Positions 8,891-23,580 of a DNA stretch of 64,000 nt are shown here, in pieces (positions within the stretch are counted from its first letter, which is position 1; every line of letters starts with the position of its first letter). The stretch is from the NCBI GenBank assembly GCA_044892525.1, contig CM097885.1:13330001-13394000 (forward strand), read 5' to 3'. The translations under genes were made by a program, and so were the position numbers. Source of the DNA: Schmidtea polychroa (lineage: Eukaryota). A model generated the notes under the pieces. The model saw only the letters and a program-made list of their open reading frames with translations. It did not search any database and had not been told where the DNA came from.

Positions 8891-9901
8891 TTTCCCAAAA
8901 AATAATCAAATCAACTTTACAAAAAATATATCGATGTAAATTTTCACAAAAATCAACAAAAAAGTATTAATTTTATTATATTTTCTCTCAAATTGGGTTC
9001 GTATTATTGATAATAATATTGCCTATTATTTTGTTTGGGTGAATTTCACATCCTTACAGATAAAATGTACGAAATAAAATGCATTTTAATACTACATAAT
9101 TGTAATTCTTAGTATATGTTTTCATTAACCAATTTCTGCCTTTTCTTCAAAGGTGTCATCTAAATAAATCGCAGTCAAAAATAAAAATTTTAATAGTTTC
9201 TGTCATTTCTTTTCTGTGTCGAACATTGACGGTATATCAAGATTGCTACTATCAGATTACCGAATCGTACCACCGGATATCCTTTGATTATCATGGAGCT
9301 TGCCGTTGTTACAATCAAAGCATTGAATTTCCTCAAGTTTAGAAAGGAAACATTCACAATTTGACACGTTAGATTTTCATAATAAATAGTGTATTTAATA
9401 TATTTAAAATGCATGTAAAATTTTTAGTGTTAGTACAGCGCGTGCCCTACTGATTACTAAATGAAAATCACAAGATTAACGAATTGAACAGAACATTTAC
9501 TCATAAAGTATTTTTACAAATCACAATAAATACATTGTTTTGATGACAATAAAAAGTAAAACAATCATGTCATCATTTGAAAATGTTCACCATATTTGCC
9601 ATCATACATAATCCAAAAAAGACTGGAAAAGGTGGTAGATCACAGAATAATATAATATCCGGAAGCTATATAATTATTTAGTAAAGTAAAGTGAAAATTC
9701 AGATACTTTTCACAGAAAATACTTTATTTTTGATAAAATCTTTATTTATTAAATGGTATTTAACCTTTACTCTGCTGTTCGCCAATACTATGTCATGAAT
9801 TTTGTTGACCATTTCTTAAGTAGTCACTTCAATCGGACATATCGAAACTCTGTAAACATGGTTTTGCGTGATGGTTTTTCGGCGCAAAAGTAATGTTTTA
9901 T

Positions 9902-10268
9902 CGGTACTTCCGTGTTATCTTACCCCCAAAAATTAAATTATAAAATACAATTAAAATAACAATATAAAAAATGAGAGAATACATTATTGATGACGTTATT
10001 GAACATTATTGAACATGAATTTATTAAGGCTATCTGTGATTTATGTGATTATGTGAGTTTATGTGGTGCAAACGTGTTCTAAGCAACAGTGCCAATGTGT
10101 TCGACACTATTCTCAACGACATTCTGGTTTTCTGGCCACCTGGATGACCATTTACAAACTCTTTACAAACATTTGCTGAGTTTGTAACTGATTTAGAAAA
10201 TAAATATAATAATTATATGTGTTCTTTTTTAATTTAATTTTTCTGGGTAAGATAACACGGAAGTACCG
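9902..10268. mobile_element. MITE with ~39-bp terminal inverted repeats, superfamily unassigned
   Basis: CGGTACTTCCGTGTTATCTTACCC at 9902 and its exact reverse complement ending 10268, extending with AAAAATTAAATTA. No clear TSD. Confidence 0.75.
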
Positions 10269-13200
10269 TTTTATTAATTCACTTTTTTCCATTATTGCAA
10301 TTATTTACTTTCGAAAGCTATCAAAACAAAACCAACTGTCTTGAATGACACGAGATTAATAGAGGATTACTAGATCGGTTGCTTATATCCAGAAATATAA
10401 TCATTTTTACTATAACACTCCCCTATACTAGAATTGTATCTGATTTCTCACTGTACCCTCATTTAAGATATTATAATGAAGAATGTTAATGAAGAAAATT
10501 AATTTCAATGTTACAAGCCACATAATATTAACCTAATATTCCAACAAAATACTGTGCATGAATTTTTTTCACAAAATGAATTTGAGTATTTTTTGACAAA
10601 AAATTCAAACAAAATGTGTACATTAAGTGAGTAGGTTATTTCCTATAATAAATTATGTTCCGATTCGAAGATGCCGAAAGTATCTTATGACAAATATTAT
10701 TCTGATCTTTATATTTTATAAAATTACACATTTTACTTTTTTGTTTGTTTACTTTTGTTTTCTCTTGTCTGGGTTTGACACACTAAATCCACTTTACCAA
10801 CAAAACTTCTCATAATTAATTAAAATAAATTAAAAGATTAATTCAACAATTTCAAAGTAAAGTTTATAAATATATAATTATTTAACAGTTACTATTTTGA
10901 AATATGGAAATAATTAAAATTTTTCTTCAATTAAAATTTGAATTTTTTTCTTTCGCGGACTCCGACTGTGTTGCCCGTAAGGTTAAATGTACATTTGCTT
11001 ATTTTTATTATTCTGGCAACCCAGGCTGCGTTGACGGTTGACAGCCGCCACCCACAGTACATAATAAATACCTAATTAACACTAACTAATTTCGATCAGA
11101 ATTATTATATTTAGCGTTATGAAGCAATAGCTTAATATAGCGGTTGTAGTAAGTATGCAAATTAATTAAATATAATACAAAATGTTACAGTGCTTCTTAA
11201 GTTTTTTGATGTGGCCCGCCGCATACTGAAAATATCTTATGTGGCTCTTAGTGCCTTTTGAGTTTGACAACCCTTATCTAATGTATTCAGTATTTTAATG
11301 CCCCTAATGATAATTCTTTTTCCATTTTAAGTTGCTAGAGATTTATCATTTCAATAATTTTCTTCTGTTAATTCTTTTTTTCAATTTCCTTACAATTCAT
11401 CTTTAAAAATTCCATTTCCTTCAATCTTTTTGAACTTTGGGTTTTATTAGAGTTAAATTTTTCTCAGCTAAATAAAATAATCTGTGACTAAAATGTTAAG
11501 TATACAAATCATGTGCTGAGTCCCATAAAAAGTTCTTCATCTTTGTAGTGTCTTAAACAAATTTCTTATAATTTCGTGTTTATTATGTAGGCAAAATGAT
11601 ATGGGTAACTTTAATAAATGAACATTTATACAACCAATAAACAATTCTGTAAAATATTTGTATTATTATCTCGAAGTCCCTCCTGGGTAGTGAATTTATT
11701 TGACTTTTGATCTATAATTTTATAAATTTCTATCAACTTCTTAAATTGCTACTTTTGATTCTTCCATTTATAGTTTTTCCATTTGTTGTTCTAGTTTTTT
11801 TAAAACAAAAAAACCTTCCAACTCCCTATCCGAGATATAATATGGCTCTTATCTCTAACCGATCTAGTAGCAATGAATACCACCTGGTTCAATAAAATTT
11901 AACTTTTCGCACCTGTAAAAAATATTTCGAATTCTTAGCGAAGCAAATTTTTCTTTTATGTTTTCTTGTAAGATACTTAATTCCATAATACTGAGGAGTT
12001 CCATTTACATTTTGCTCTCTTCCAAATTTTATTCCAATTTATTTATTATTATAACCTTCTCACAAAACGTGTACTTATTCCATAATTGGTCTTTTTTTGT
12101 AATATCATTTTGTTATAAGAACCTTTTTTTTCACTTGAAAAAGGCAGTGTCGAAAATTCGTGAATATTAAAAACATCAATATATTTACTGATTCATAACT
12201 TTTAATAAATATCATTTTGGTCTCTAAAAGTATATTTGGTTTTGTAATGCTGGGGTTTAAAAATTACCAATTTTATTCCTGTTGTCATTGCTAGTTCTTT
12301 TATTTTCTTTAACTTATAATTCCATTTCTATAAATATTCAATAGCTGATTTTCCAAAACTCTTTGTTGCCTTAGTTCTTAAAAAATAAAATCAAATGATA
12401 TTAGAAGTGTTATAATAAATAGATTGTGTTACACGCAATTAAATTCAAATATTTTTCCATAAAAATTATAACAATTTAATTACAAAATAAAAATCTACTC
12501 ATTTTTTTCTAATATTCAGGTGATTGAGTCATTTTCGATTTTGCCATTAACCTGTGAAGTGGCTATGACGGATATATACGTCATCAACATATGCATTACA
12601 TATGTTAAAAATATATCATAAATATTACTTTTGTTAACATATTATCTTAATAAATATCATCCAACAATATATTATTTTATTTTTTGTAACACTATGCCCA
12701 AGCGCTAGCGGATAACAAAACTCGTCACTGAGGAGCGCATTTTGTTTTACGAAATAAATCATTTAAGAGGTTAATACAGCTATTGGCCACAAATACTTTT
12801 AATTGGTTTTAATATAATATTCACAAAATTTAAAGGTTATTTTAATTAATATAATTTATTTAAAATTGGTTTTAATTATGAGTTTATAAAGTCCTTAAAA
12901 ATTTTTTGACGCAAATTGCATTAAAGCTAGACTTTTATCATCAAAGGCTATTAATTTTCACCATTTCTTATTAATCAACTCTTGTCATATTGTCAAGTTC
13001 ACGTAGCAAATAGTTGTTTAACCCTTGAAATAGTAAAATCTTTACAATTATTACTTGAATTGATAATTTAGGTGAGGTTTTGCAAATAAAAATAAGTTTT
13101 AAATATTTTTTTATTTTAACATCCAGAAAACTTAATTTACTCAGAAGCGTAAAAAGGTGGAGTGTAATGGTACGTTTGCACCTCAATAATCAAGGGAAAT

Positions 13201-13639
13201 AGAACATGCTTGAAATATGAGAGTGGATATAATAAAAAATAAAGTGGTTGCTTATCGTAACGACGTGACATGATATACACTCCATTAAACAGCCATGTAT
13301 GGCTCATCGTGGGTTACATCCCATTTTGAAAACCGAATCCCAAGTAAAGATACCGTCCATCTTTCTCTTCCATCATTCTACACGTTTTCTTAACTAATGA
13401 TTGGAAAAATTAATATAGTCAATGCATGGTTGAAGAAAAAGACAATAAATAACTGAAAGTTTCTGGCCTCGCATGTACATTTTTCTCATACCCAAAAGTT
13501 TGAATGATCCAAGATGGGTATGACATATATATCAAGTAATAACATAATCTAAGCAAAATACCAATACTCGTTAGACATCTTCTGTTTGGCTATTAAAATA
13601 AAACAATGTCAATACTTAATATTTTAGTAAGTAATAGAT

Positions 13640-13779
13640 TTATTAAAAACTTGACTATGGATCAGTAAATATATCTAAAACATCGATATATTACTAATTC
13701 ATATAGTCAAGCATTTTAATAAATACAATGTCAACTGAAAAGAAATCAGTGGTAAAAATTGAAAAAAGTTCTTATAATA
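13640..13779. repeat. Fold-back dispersed repeat family copy
   Basis: Hairpin arms TTATTAAAAACTTGACTATGGATCAGTAAATATATC / GATATATTACTAATTCATATAGTCAAGCATTTTAATAA plus reverse tail ending GTTCTTATAATA. Partial copy at ~12128-12200. Confidence 0.75.
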
Positions 13780-16668
13780 AAATAATAGATTATATATGAT
13801 ATATTTGATACTATATTTACGGAAGAAATAATACAAATTTTGAAACAGCTTTACATTTTACTGTCAAAAATACATTTAATTTCCAAAACTACAGTGACAA
13901 TATTTTAATTGCAGACTGAAACTTTTGGGAATCACGAATTTGATGATTTAACAATGAATTTAATATTAAAATCTGTTACACCAGCACATTCCCAACATAT
14001 AGTCTTGGGAGTATATGGATGTTGGCACCTTTACCAGTGATACATGCTTTCCGAAAAATTATTTTCAATATTAAAATACTTAAATAGATATTTGAGAAAT
14101 TCCAGCAGAAGAGAGATTAAACTTATATATAGCATTATATATAATTCTGCACAAGTCTCTCATAAAATATAATATTTCACAGAAATGAATTAATTATCTA
14201 TTCTTTTTAAAGATAAAAATTAAAATAAATTATTCACAAATTGTCAAAAAAAATTTCAAGGATAAAGATAAAAAACCATGATCTAAATATAAAACCTTTA
14301 TCCACATATTATTATATTTAAAATCACAGAATCTATTGAGAGTAGTGTACAAACTTGTATCTGTTTGTTTTCTCTGTATTTCCGCTTCGAAACCTTTCCT
14401 AATTTTGAAATTGTTGAAATTGTTAAATATGCTTAGCAATGAATCTCAGACCCCAACAGGCTTGATATGTGATCTAGTGTATAGATTTATATGTAATGGT
14501 ACAACATCATATTCATTGGAGGGACTTGTCATCACCAAGATGACAAACTGAGGATGAAGATCATTTCTTCGAGATTTATTNNNNNNNNNNNNNNNNNNNN
14601 NNNNNNNNNNNNNNNNNNNNNNNNNNNNNNNNNNNNNNNNNNNNNNNNNNNNNNNNNNNNNNNNNNNNNNNNNNNNNNNNNNNNNNNNNNNNNNNNNNNN
14701 NNNNNNNNNNNNNNNNNNNNNNNNNNNNNNNNNNNNNNNNNNNNNNNNNNNNNNNNNNNTTTATACAAATAAATGTGAGAGAGCATATTAAAGTAACAAA
14801 AATCCAGTCAATTTAAAAAAAATAATTAGAAAACCAATTAGTAAATAAGTTTAAAGTCCAAATATAGATAATTTCTTTGAGGGTTTGTAAGGACTTTAGT
14901 ATATTATTATTATGATGATAAAATCCTCTTTTAATAAAACTTGATGAAAAAATTTTACATCTATCATGTCCAAATATGAACCAACNNNNNNNNNNNNNNN
15001 NNNNNNNNNNNNNNNNNNNNNNNNNNNNNNNNNNNNNNNNNNNNNNNNNNNNNNNNNNNNNNNNNNNNNNNNNNNNNNNNNNNNNNNNNNNNNNNNNNNN
15101 NNNNNNNNNNNNNNNNNNNNNNNNNNNNNNNNNNNNNNNNNNNNNNNNNNNNNNNNNNNNNNNNNNNNNNNNNNNNNNNNNNNNNNNNNNNNNNNNNNNN
15201 NNNNNNNNNNNNNNNNNNNNNNNNNNNNNNNNNNNNNNNNNNNNNNNAAACTGGTCGTATGAAACAGCAGCTACAATTAAAATGAGATATTAAAAGAAAA
15301 GAGAAAATAATTCATTGAAAAATCGAGCTTCTGCATTTGGCAGAAAATGTTGTCAATTTCTGTCAACCATAATTATTATTTGTTCCAGAAGTTTGAAAAA
15401 TGTCACTCATCAGTGAAATTTTTTTAATTAAATTATAAATTTCTGCTAGCGTCTGGTAAACATTTCAATGTGTGGGCATTCAAATTCCAATTTGGAGATC
15501 ATTTCTAATATTTATCATTTGATCCGTGCCAGGCTTTGAATGGATATTTGGGCATCGTCATTTTTCCTTCAATATTATCTTAAATTGNNNNNNNNNNNNN
15601 NNNNNNNNNNNNNNNNNNNNNNNNNNNNNNNNNNNNNNNNNNNNNNNNNNNNNNNNNNNNNNNNNNNNNNNNNNNNNNNNNNNNNNNNNNNNNNNNNNNN
15701 NNNNNNNNNNNNNNNNNNNNNNNNNNNNNNNNNNNNNNNNNNNNNCATTGTGTCGGGAAATGTCTGTCTTGCCAGACTTTTTTTTGACGTTTATAAATTG
15801 ACTATTGAATACAAAGTTTAAGTAGCCTTTAGACATTATTGAGTCAACCAAGGAAAGATATATAATCAAATAATACATTGTTATGTGTATAATAATGATG
15901 GGATTAATTTGCGAGTAATGGAACGTTCCCGTCGACTAAGTATTGCAAATTATGATTACCTAACAGAGGTAGTCTGATCACTAACTTTTTCAAACCTAAA
16001 TTCAAATTTACAATCTTTTCATTAAAAAATTTTTATTTTTATTTAAAAGACATTGTTTCATAAAATGGTCAATTCAATCAAATTGCGCTAGTTACTTTTT
16101 TCCCTCTCTCAATTTCTTTTTGTTCTTTCCACAATAATTATTTCAAAGATTTCTTTTTGTTACAGGTGTTCTTCATTAAATCTAAGACTCTTGATAATCA
16201 TATCAGTTCAAATTAAAAATAACTAACTGGCATTAATTTAAGATATAAAATCCAAACTGTTGGATAAATCCTGCATTAATTCATCCTGATATTCAAGTGC
16301 CCTCGTCATGGTCAAATAGTGCATCAGCACTGTGTAATTTACAGCATTACACCAGATTAGATATAGTTCAGTAGTTATCACTCTTGTTCCCAAAAGGAGA
16401 ATTGTTTAGCAAAAGAAATCTGGCTAATTTGACGTGTCTGATTTACCAGTTACCGTTACATGCACCCATGCTGTTAGATATATTCCATATTTTCCATTTC
16501 ATTAATATAATAAAATGTGCGGTAATGGGGAAGTCATTTCCCAATAGATTCTTTGAAACTCGCCTCCTTTGTCAATCAGATTTTGAAATTATTTTCAGAT
16601 TTTAAGCTATGAATAAAACTTATGAATTAATTAATAAATAAATTGACATAATTTCAATAAAATAAATA

Positions 16669-16810
16669 TTATAAGAACTTTTTTTCAATTTTCACTACTG
16701 ATTTTTTTTCAATTGACATTGTATTTATTAAAATGCTTGACAATGAATCAGTAAATATATCGATGTTTTCTTGATATATTTACTGATTATTAGTCAAGCT
16801 TTTTAATAAA
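16669..16810. repeat. Fold-back dispersed repeat family copy (tail plus ~38-bp-arm hairpin)
   Basis: Tail 16669-16723, left arm 16724-16761, loop GATGTTTTCTT, right arm 16773-16810. Confidence 0.85.
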
Positions 16811-17052
16811 TAAAATAAAATAAAAATAATATCATTATTTTATTCTTTTTAATCACTTTTCTTTTTTCAATTTCCTTTATCTTTTTTAGACTATCAATCA
16901 ATATTTTGTTTCATATTCAACACAAAATACTGATCGATAGTCTATTAAAGAAATAAAAATAAAATATATTAATAATAATAATATAAATAAAGAACAGCTC
17001 AGTTGTCATAACCAGGCACTAAACAAATTCAATAAAACGGTTATACTTATAG

Positions 17053-17122
17053 GTTTATTGGTGTCCCGTCAAAATAACCTGGGACAAAACAGCCCCTTCA
17101 AAATAGCTTTACAAGATTTATT
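17053..17122 (+). CDS. Candidate internal exon (LLVSRQNNLGQNSPFKIALQDL)
   Basis: TTATACTTATAG acceptor, GTAAGT donor, one open frame, raised GC. No recognisable homology. Confidence 0.35.
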
Positions 17123-17487
17123 GTAAGTAGCTATAATAATATTTATTTATTATAAATTAAAACAATTCATTAAATATAAATTGATAAAATAAAAAAAGTC
17201 ATATATATGAACTCCCGTAGAAAGATAAAATTAATGCTCAAATTGCTCCTATGTATTTTGTATATTCAATTAACAATGCAATAATTATGTTAATATTATT
17301 ATTTAATGTTGTAATTCTTATTGATAATTTGTTAAAACTTAGGGATAATGAAATGTTAATGTTATTGACTAAATTATATATATGTGTTGAAGTGTAGTTT
17401 TAATATTTTACCCTTTTACATCACTGAATATATATTTATAAAAAGAACAAAAGACTTGAGCTTTTACACGAAGCGTACTGGCGGGGG

Positions 17488-17580
17488 GAGTACGACCAGT
17501 CCCCATGTGACATGTACCCCTACGGGGTAAAAATACGTTGTCGGATAAACTCAGGCTATCTGTAAATGTCTATGATTATA
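17488..17580 (+). repeat. Dispersed ~93-bp repeat, copy 1 (copy 2 at 54998-55091)
   Basis: GAGTACGACCAGTCCCCATGTGACATGTACCCCTACGGGGTAAAAATACGTTGTCGGATAAACTCAGGCTATC vs GAGTACGACCAGTTCCCGTGTGACCTGTACTCCTTAGGGGTCAAATACTTTGTCAGATAAACTCAGACTATA. Confidence 0.8.
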
Positions 17581-19886
17581 TGTAAACTATATTTTAATGT
17601 AAAGGAAAAATGCTGTATAAATAAATATTGCTATATGTACTTAAAATAAATCTCGTAGAACTATTTTGACGCGGTTTATTAGTAATTATTTTTTATAAAA
17701 AAACAATTAATATAAATTTCAAATCAAACGTATTTTGAATGTTGATTTTTGAGTTGAATGATTTTCTCATCAAGGTCTCACAATTAATGCGTTCCTAATA
17801 GTTTGTGAAACACTTAGACAATAATAATAATAATTAATCATAATCTTCTGAATTTCATATTTAAATTAAATTGATCTATGTATAAAAAACACTAAGATAA
17901 ATCTATTTTTTTATTAATCATTTAAAATTTTCCTAAATAGTGTTGAGTTATTTTGCAAAAATATGACTGTTGGTGAGTAAAAATAATATTTATTATAAAA
18001 AATATTTTATTAATAAAATATATAGATTAAATTTCAAAGCTCATGTGCCTCTGAAGAGACGAAGATGAAAATGAATAAACTTGAAAAAAGTGAAAAATAA
18101 TCTAGTGGTTTTTTTAAAAGAATTTGCATGCTGTCTCAGTCAAAAGTACGATAAATTGTATACTTGGTGAAAAGAAAGGAAAACAACCAAACAAGTGCTG
18201 GAATAATTAGATAATGAAAACTACTAGTTCAAATAAATCTGTTAAGGTTTAGGAAAGACTTACAAAATATAAATCATACGGTGTAAAGAGCAGAATGAAA
18301 GAAATTCTAGATTATTTACATTCAATTACCAAAAGAAAAGATTTTAAAAAGTATTAAGATAGTGCACAAAGTGAGACAAAATTACCTGAATTTTCAATTT
18401 CATGCCGCGTTATCAATAAATCACCAAACACTTTTCTAGTATGGATGAAATGCCTACGAAGGTAAATTTTGTGAAGATTATAAACTCCAAAGCTAACTGA
18501 GACGACAAAAATACAGAACCAAGTGTAAGTGATATTCTTTGCAAAAATGACCGTATGAGAATAAATATAATTGGATTTTAAATGAAATTATGATGATTAC
18601 ATTGTTCATTTAATATCTGTCGAGAAATGTTTTCAATTTAAATCGTTGTAAGTAAAATTATAAATTTAATGAAATTGTAATTAAATAGATAATTACCATT
18701 TAAAAACGATTAGAAAATGATATGATAAGCTTTTGCTGCAAGTTTCAATTTTATTCAAAACATAAAATGAGAATTTTCGACTATGAAATAGTCATCTAGG
18801 ATAGACTTTTCTTATCATTTAGTTGTTTAACAATTTTAATAATAATAATAACAAAGAACAATTAATAATAATATTAAATGTTTTATTATTTATTTTCATC
18901 AAAATAATTATATATTTTTTACTCTCTCTATATTAACTTCGCTGATGTATGTCTGAATGTGACACACAAATTTTGTGAGGCAAAATTAACCTACTTGAAT
19001 CGGATTGTTCTGAAAGTAGATTCTGGCAAGTAGATTCGTTGTCAAGAACACTACATGCTATCAAAATTTCAGATCGATACGAATACGGGAAGTGGTTAAA
19101 TTTAAAAAATATTGATATGTCAAATCTAGTGTTATTTCCTTATTTCAATATAAATCCTTTCCTATTCATTAACTTCAGATTAAAAAGATAAATATGTTGA
19201 AATTAAGAGAGTGAAATATAGAGAGTTTCAAAAACTTTGTGTTTTTTATTTTTTTATTTTTATTTATTTTTATTAGAATTTAATTTACGTCTACTTAGTT
19301 TTCCTCTATAGATTAATTTTTCATATTTAACTCAAATTTTCTGCAATACTTTATTCTTTCACGTATTTTTCCTTAACAATTAAAAATGACAGTATCGATA
19401 ATTTGTGACAAAAACACTGATCAATTGTTGAAAACTAAATGAAGATAAATTTATTTATTGTTAATAAAATTTAATTTAAGGTAAATAATTATATCTTTTT
19501 AATCAAAGGATTAATAATTGATAAAATAAAGTTTTATAAAAAATTCCATAATTTTACAATTTATTTCTTATTAAATCAATAAAACCAGTAAATTTAATTT
19601 TGAAAGTTTTTTTTTAATTTTAGTTAATTATTTTTCATAGATTTAAGCATAGCAATAAATAAATAAAATAACTCTCAACATTTGTGGACTTTGCACTTTT
19701 ATTTTTAAACTGTTTTTCATGATAATATGAACTTATTATTCATTTGTTTAAAATAACTCAAAGTTTTTCTGAAAGATTATTTTCCATGCCGGTGGAAATT
19801 GTTTTTCTGAGAATCTATAAAATTTAATTGAACTGGATTTCTTTGATCAATATAAACAAAAAACTTTAATTGATTTATTATGCTAG

Positions 19887-19931
19887 AACATTCAAATTAT
19901 TGAATTCTATGATTTTGTTGACATAATTCAA
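19887..19931 (+). CDS. Candidate TEAD exon at the start of the YAP-binding domain
   Basis: TAG|NIQIIEFYDFVDIIQ|GTTTGT resembles TEAD KLRLVEFSAFLEQQ. Weak similarity, and phase with neighbouring candidates is unresolved. Confidence 0.3.
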
Positions 19932-21526
19932 GTTTGTTACTCGGGTCTAACTGATTCAAAGGTCTTAATTAGTTATTTTTATTTTGATTATTTATATACT
20001 TTTACATTCGATAAATAATTTCTAGACTCACATATTAAATTTTCTCATTTATTTATTAAAATTAAAATTAGATATTAGATATCTGAATAGGATTTTATCA
20101 TATCTGCAAAACATTTTTATTATTCATGCAAAAAAGATCAAAATCACTAGAAAAAGGCAGTGCCAAAAATTCGTGAATATCAAAAAAAACATCGATTTAT
20201 TTACTGATTCATAGTCAAGCATTTAATATATACAATATTATATATATTCTTATATGCCAACTTTAATAAATAAAACTTGTAGTTACTGAATTTTTTTTAC
20301 TTTTATACTTTGGACATTAAGTATGAACCACCCTCTATAATTCACATGTAATATAAATTATTAAAATTATTAACTGTAATATTTTTCTATTATCCATAAA
20401 ATAATCCTTTAGAAAATATAATTTTAACACTTAAATGCCGATATTTCTCCTGCTGCAAAAAAAGAAATTAAATAAATTTTATTTTAAATATTAAAATAAC
20501 ATCACCAAAATATTGAACATGAAGATAATCAAAATAGAGTTTTGATGTAGATAACATTTATTTTTTTTAGTAAATATAATAGATATGAAAATACAGTTAA
20601 TTAAAGTAAACCAATCAAATATGAATCATAGTGCATAACACTTTTCAAGCGTATTTATTTCAAAGTTTCGCGTAATTAAAATTATTATTTAAACTCTTAA
20701 ATTTAAATTTAAATTATTTTAATTGTTAAAATTCAGTCTGAATTTTCTCACATCAATCATATTATATAAATATATTTATTGTCCAATCACAATCGAGTAA
20801 AATATCTATCCCTATATTCACATTACTTTGTCCTAAAAATATCATTAATAATTTTTGTGAATCAATTTTCCTCCAATTAGATTCAAGTTAAAAAAAAATT
20901 CATCTTTCACTTTGTTTTAATTCTAAAATTCTATGATATGAATCCTGAATTTCTGAAAGTCTCGAAACTGTAGTAATTATGTATCAAGATTATGGTGGGA
21001 TTTGAAATTGATTGACAGATGAATTGATGCCATTTAAGGCAAGGTCTTCAGTAAGTCACTCATAAATATTGTACAGCGGTTATTTTAATATGAACGTAAA
21101 TATAAAACGAAAGAACAGTAAGAGATAGAAATGGATGCACAACACTGTCCGTGTGCCTGTGCCATGAAATCACAAATACCCCAAGAATTGACAAGTAGCT
21201 GAATCTGGATCTCAATATCACTTTTTTTCTCTCGAAGTTAATCTGTATGCGTTTAAAAAGTAGCGATCTGTTTTCTCTACTTTGTCGGTAAATTTATTAG
21301 TTTTCTAGATTCTATTGGGGCTGTATTCCTATCATTATCAATGATCAGAAGCACTGCACCAACACACGGCGTCTTGGTGCATGCAAATGCTAAGGCATGG
21401 CTGGTTCTTGATTTTGGCATGATTTTCTCATGACTTTCTTGATCTGTTGTGTTTTCAGTTTCTTAGGGCGCTGTGAAAATTTGTTTGCCCCATCCTCCTC
21501 ATTATGTCTAGCCAAACTGTTAATGT

Positions 21527-21557
<31 letters not shown>

Positions 21558-21567
21558 TAATAATTAA

Positions 21568-21612
<45 letters not shown>
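21527..21612. repeat. Inverted microsatellite: (AAT)n directly followed by (ATT)n
   Basis: Read directly from the sequence. Confidence 0.9.
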
Positions 21613-21614
<2 letters not shown>

Positions 21615-23498
21615 TTGACCCTAAATAAATGTCATTTAGCATCAATGCAGATATAATTGAATTTTTGGATTTTTTTCATTCCAAATTGACTGCTAAATTT
21701 ATATGGATATCTAGCCCATTTATTCCCTACTATTTTACTGACGGAATGTCAAAATTCTATAAGTTGGATTCAATCCAGATTTTGTTTTAATTGATATATT
21801 ATCAAATACCCTTACGATGAACTTCAGTAATTTCTGGAAGGATATTTTTAATTCAATTTTTTATTGAACATTTAAAAACTTCAAAAGATTGGTTAATATT
21901 TCCAAGAATATAAAAAACTTTTTCTTACTATATAATTATTATTTATCGCTATCTTGTTTTTTACATTACAACACCCAAAATTGAATTAATTCCATTCTTC
22001 TTATATAAACTTACGCTACCCCAACCACATTTACTTTATCTTTTTATGTAGAATAATCTTAATTAACCTGTTAATAATGAGTACATTTAAAATTTCTAAA
22101 AATATATATATTTATATATTTGTAAATTAATCCTTTATCTTTTCTTTTCCACTGATGTGTGTATTATTTGAGTGTTTTATTCTGGTTGTTTAAATTGATT
22201 AAGAAACAAAATTATAGTAATATTAGAAAAAACCTTTTATATTTTATTTAATAATTTCTTAAAAAATTATTTGATTAAAAAAATATAAAAGCTCAAAATA
22301 AATAAAAATCGACAATTCTGCTTAATTAAGTGGATTAATTATCTCACGTAATAATATGCATAAATTATACACCTAGACCTATAGTAAAAAACTAATAATT
22401 AATAAAAATTAATAATAAATTCTAACACATGATTGGAACTATTTCGACGCATTAACAATTTCCCAGTTTCCAGCTTTAAGGGGGTTTCATCATCAATTTT
22501 AATAAATGCCAATTTTGGATTTCAATGCCAAATAAACTTGCATAATTATTCAGCAAATAAAAAATAATTGTACGCTTATTTCCGGTGACCATAAAAAGTG
22601 CTAAAGTACTCAAAGTGCATAACTGATTTAGAGAAATTCTAATCAATAATAATGAATGGAAACATTTTTCAATTTAATTTAATTAAATGTTGAATAAAAA
22701 ATATCAATTTTGTAAAAATATATTTTTTAATTAAAAACGATTAAAAATTTTAAAATAATTAATTTTAAACAGCTTTTAATTTATTTCATTTAAAAGAAAA
22801 AGCGAGTGAAATAAATTGAATAAAATTAATTTACTAATTGACTTCTACTCTTATCGGATGGTAAAATTAATTATTCAAAATTGGTCATGTTTATATGAAA
22901 TTTGTAAATTAGATCGTAAATCAATTAAATTGGAAATCGAGAAATTTCATTGATTCGGCTTTGAAATTATCGATTTGGAATAAATAGTGCAAATGGTCAC
23001 AAAAACCCCTCGAGACGCGATTTCCTATAAAATAGTGCTGATATTAATTGATAAATTCGATGCCCGTAGTTATGTTTAATTTTTTGTTTTTATCTATTTT
23101 GTGCAAACTAGAAATTGAATGTGCAATTATTATACAATTTTATTTTTATCGATCTATCACTGCGCCATTTTGATTAGATAACGGGCTACAGTTTTGCACC
23201 AATTACTTTCTATTCCATCCAATTAGGTTTCATTCGTTATCTTATTTATNNNNNNNNNNNNNNNNNNNNNNNNNNNNNNNNNNNNNNNNNNNNNNNNNNN
23301 NNNNNNNNNNNNNNNNNNNNNNNNNNNNNNNNNNNNNNNNNNNNNNNNNNNNNNNNNNNNNNNNNNNNNNNNNNNNNNNNNNNNNNNNNNNNNNNNNNNN
23401 NNNNNNNNNNNNNNNNNNNNNNNNNNNNNNNNNNNNNNNNNNNNNNNNNNNNNNNNNNNNTGATTTGATTGATCTAATTATTATTTTTTAAACAATAG

Positions 23499-23580
23499 AT
23501 TCGAAGGTGTGGAAAATGTCAAAAGTAAATTGTCAACAAAAATTTGTTCATTCGGTCGTCAAGTGTTGGAGCGTATTGAG
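23499..23580 (+). CDS. TEAD: Scalloped/TEAD exon (YAP-binding domain)
   Basis: AATAG|A FEGVENVKSKLSTKICSFGRQVLERIE|GTAAAA matches TEAD ...CSTKVCSFGKQVVEKVE. Ends phase 0. Confidence 0.9.

Noticed and set aside
13975-14045. HILPRLYVGN on the - strand, resembling a dual-specificity phosphatase N-terminus
   Set aside because: Only about 9 residues, a stop follows shortly, and no HCxxGxxRS motif was found nearby.
16166-16215. CSSLNLRLL after a good acceptor, as a TEAD ASSKLRL exon
   Set aside because: The similarity ends at once, no suitable donor is present, and the frame closes.
20995-21420. piggyBac-like DELMPFKARSS and NAWLV-like fragments
   Set aside because: Too short and degraded to support as a feature. 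Possibly an old transposase remnant.
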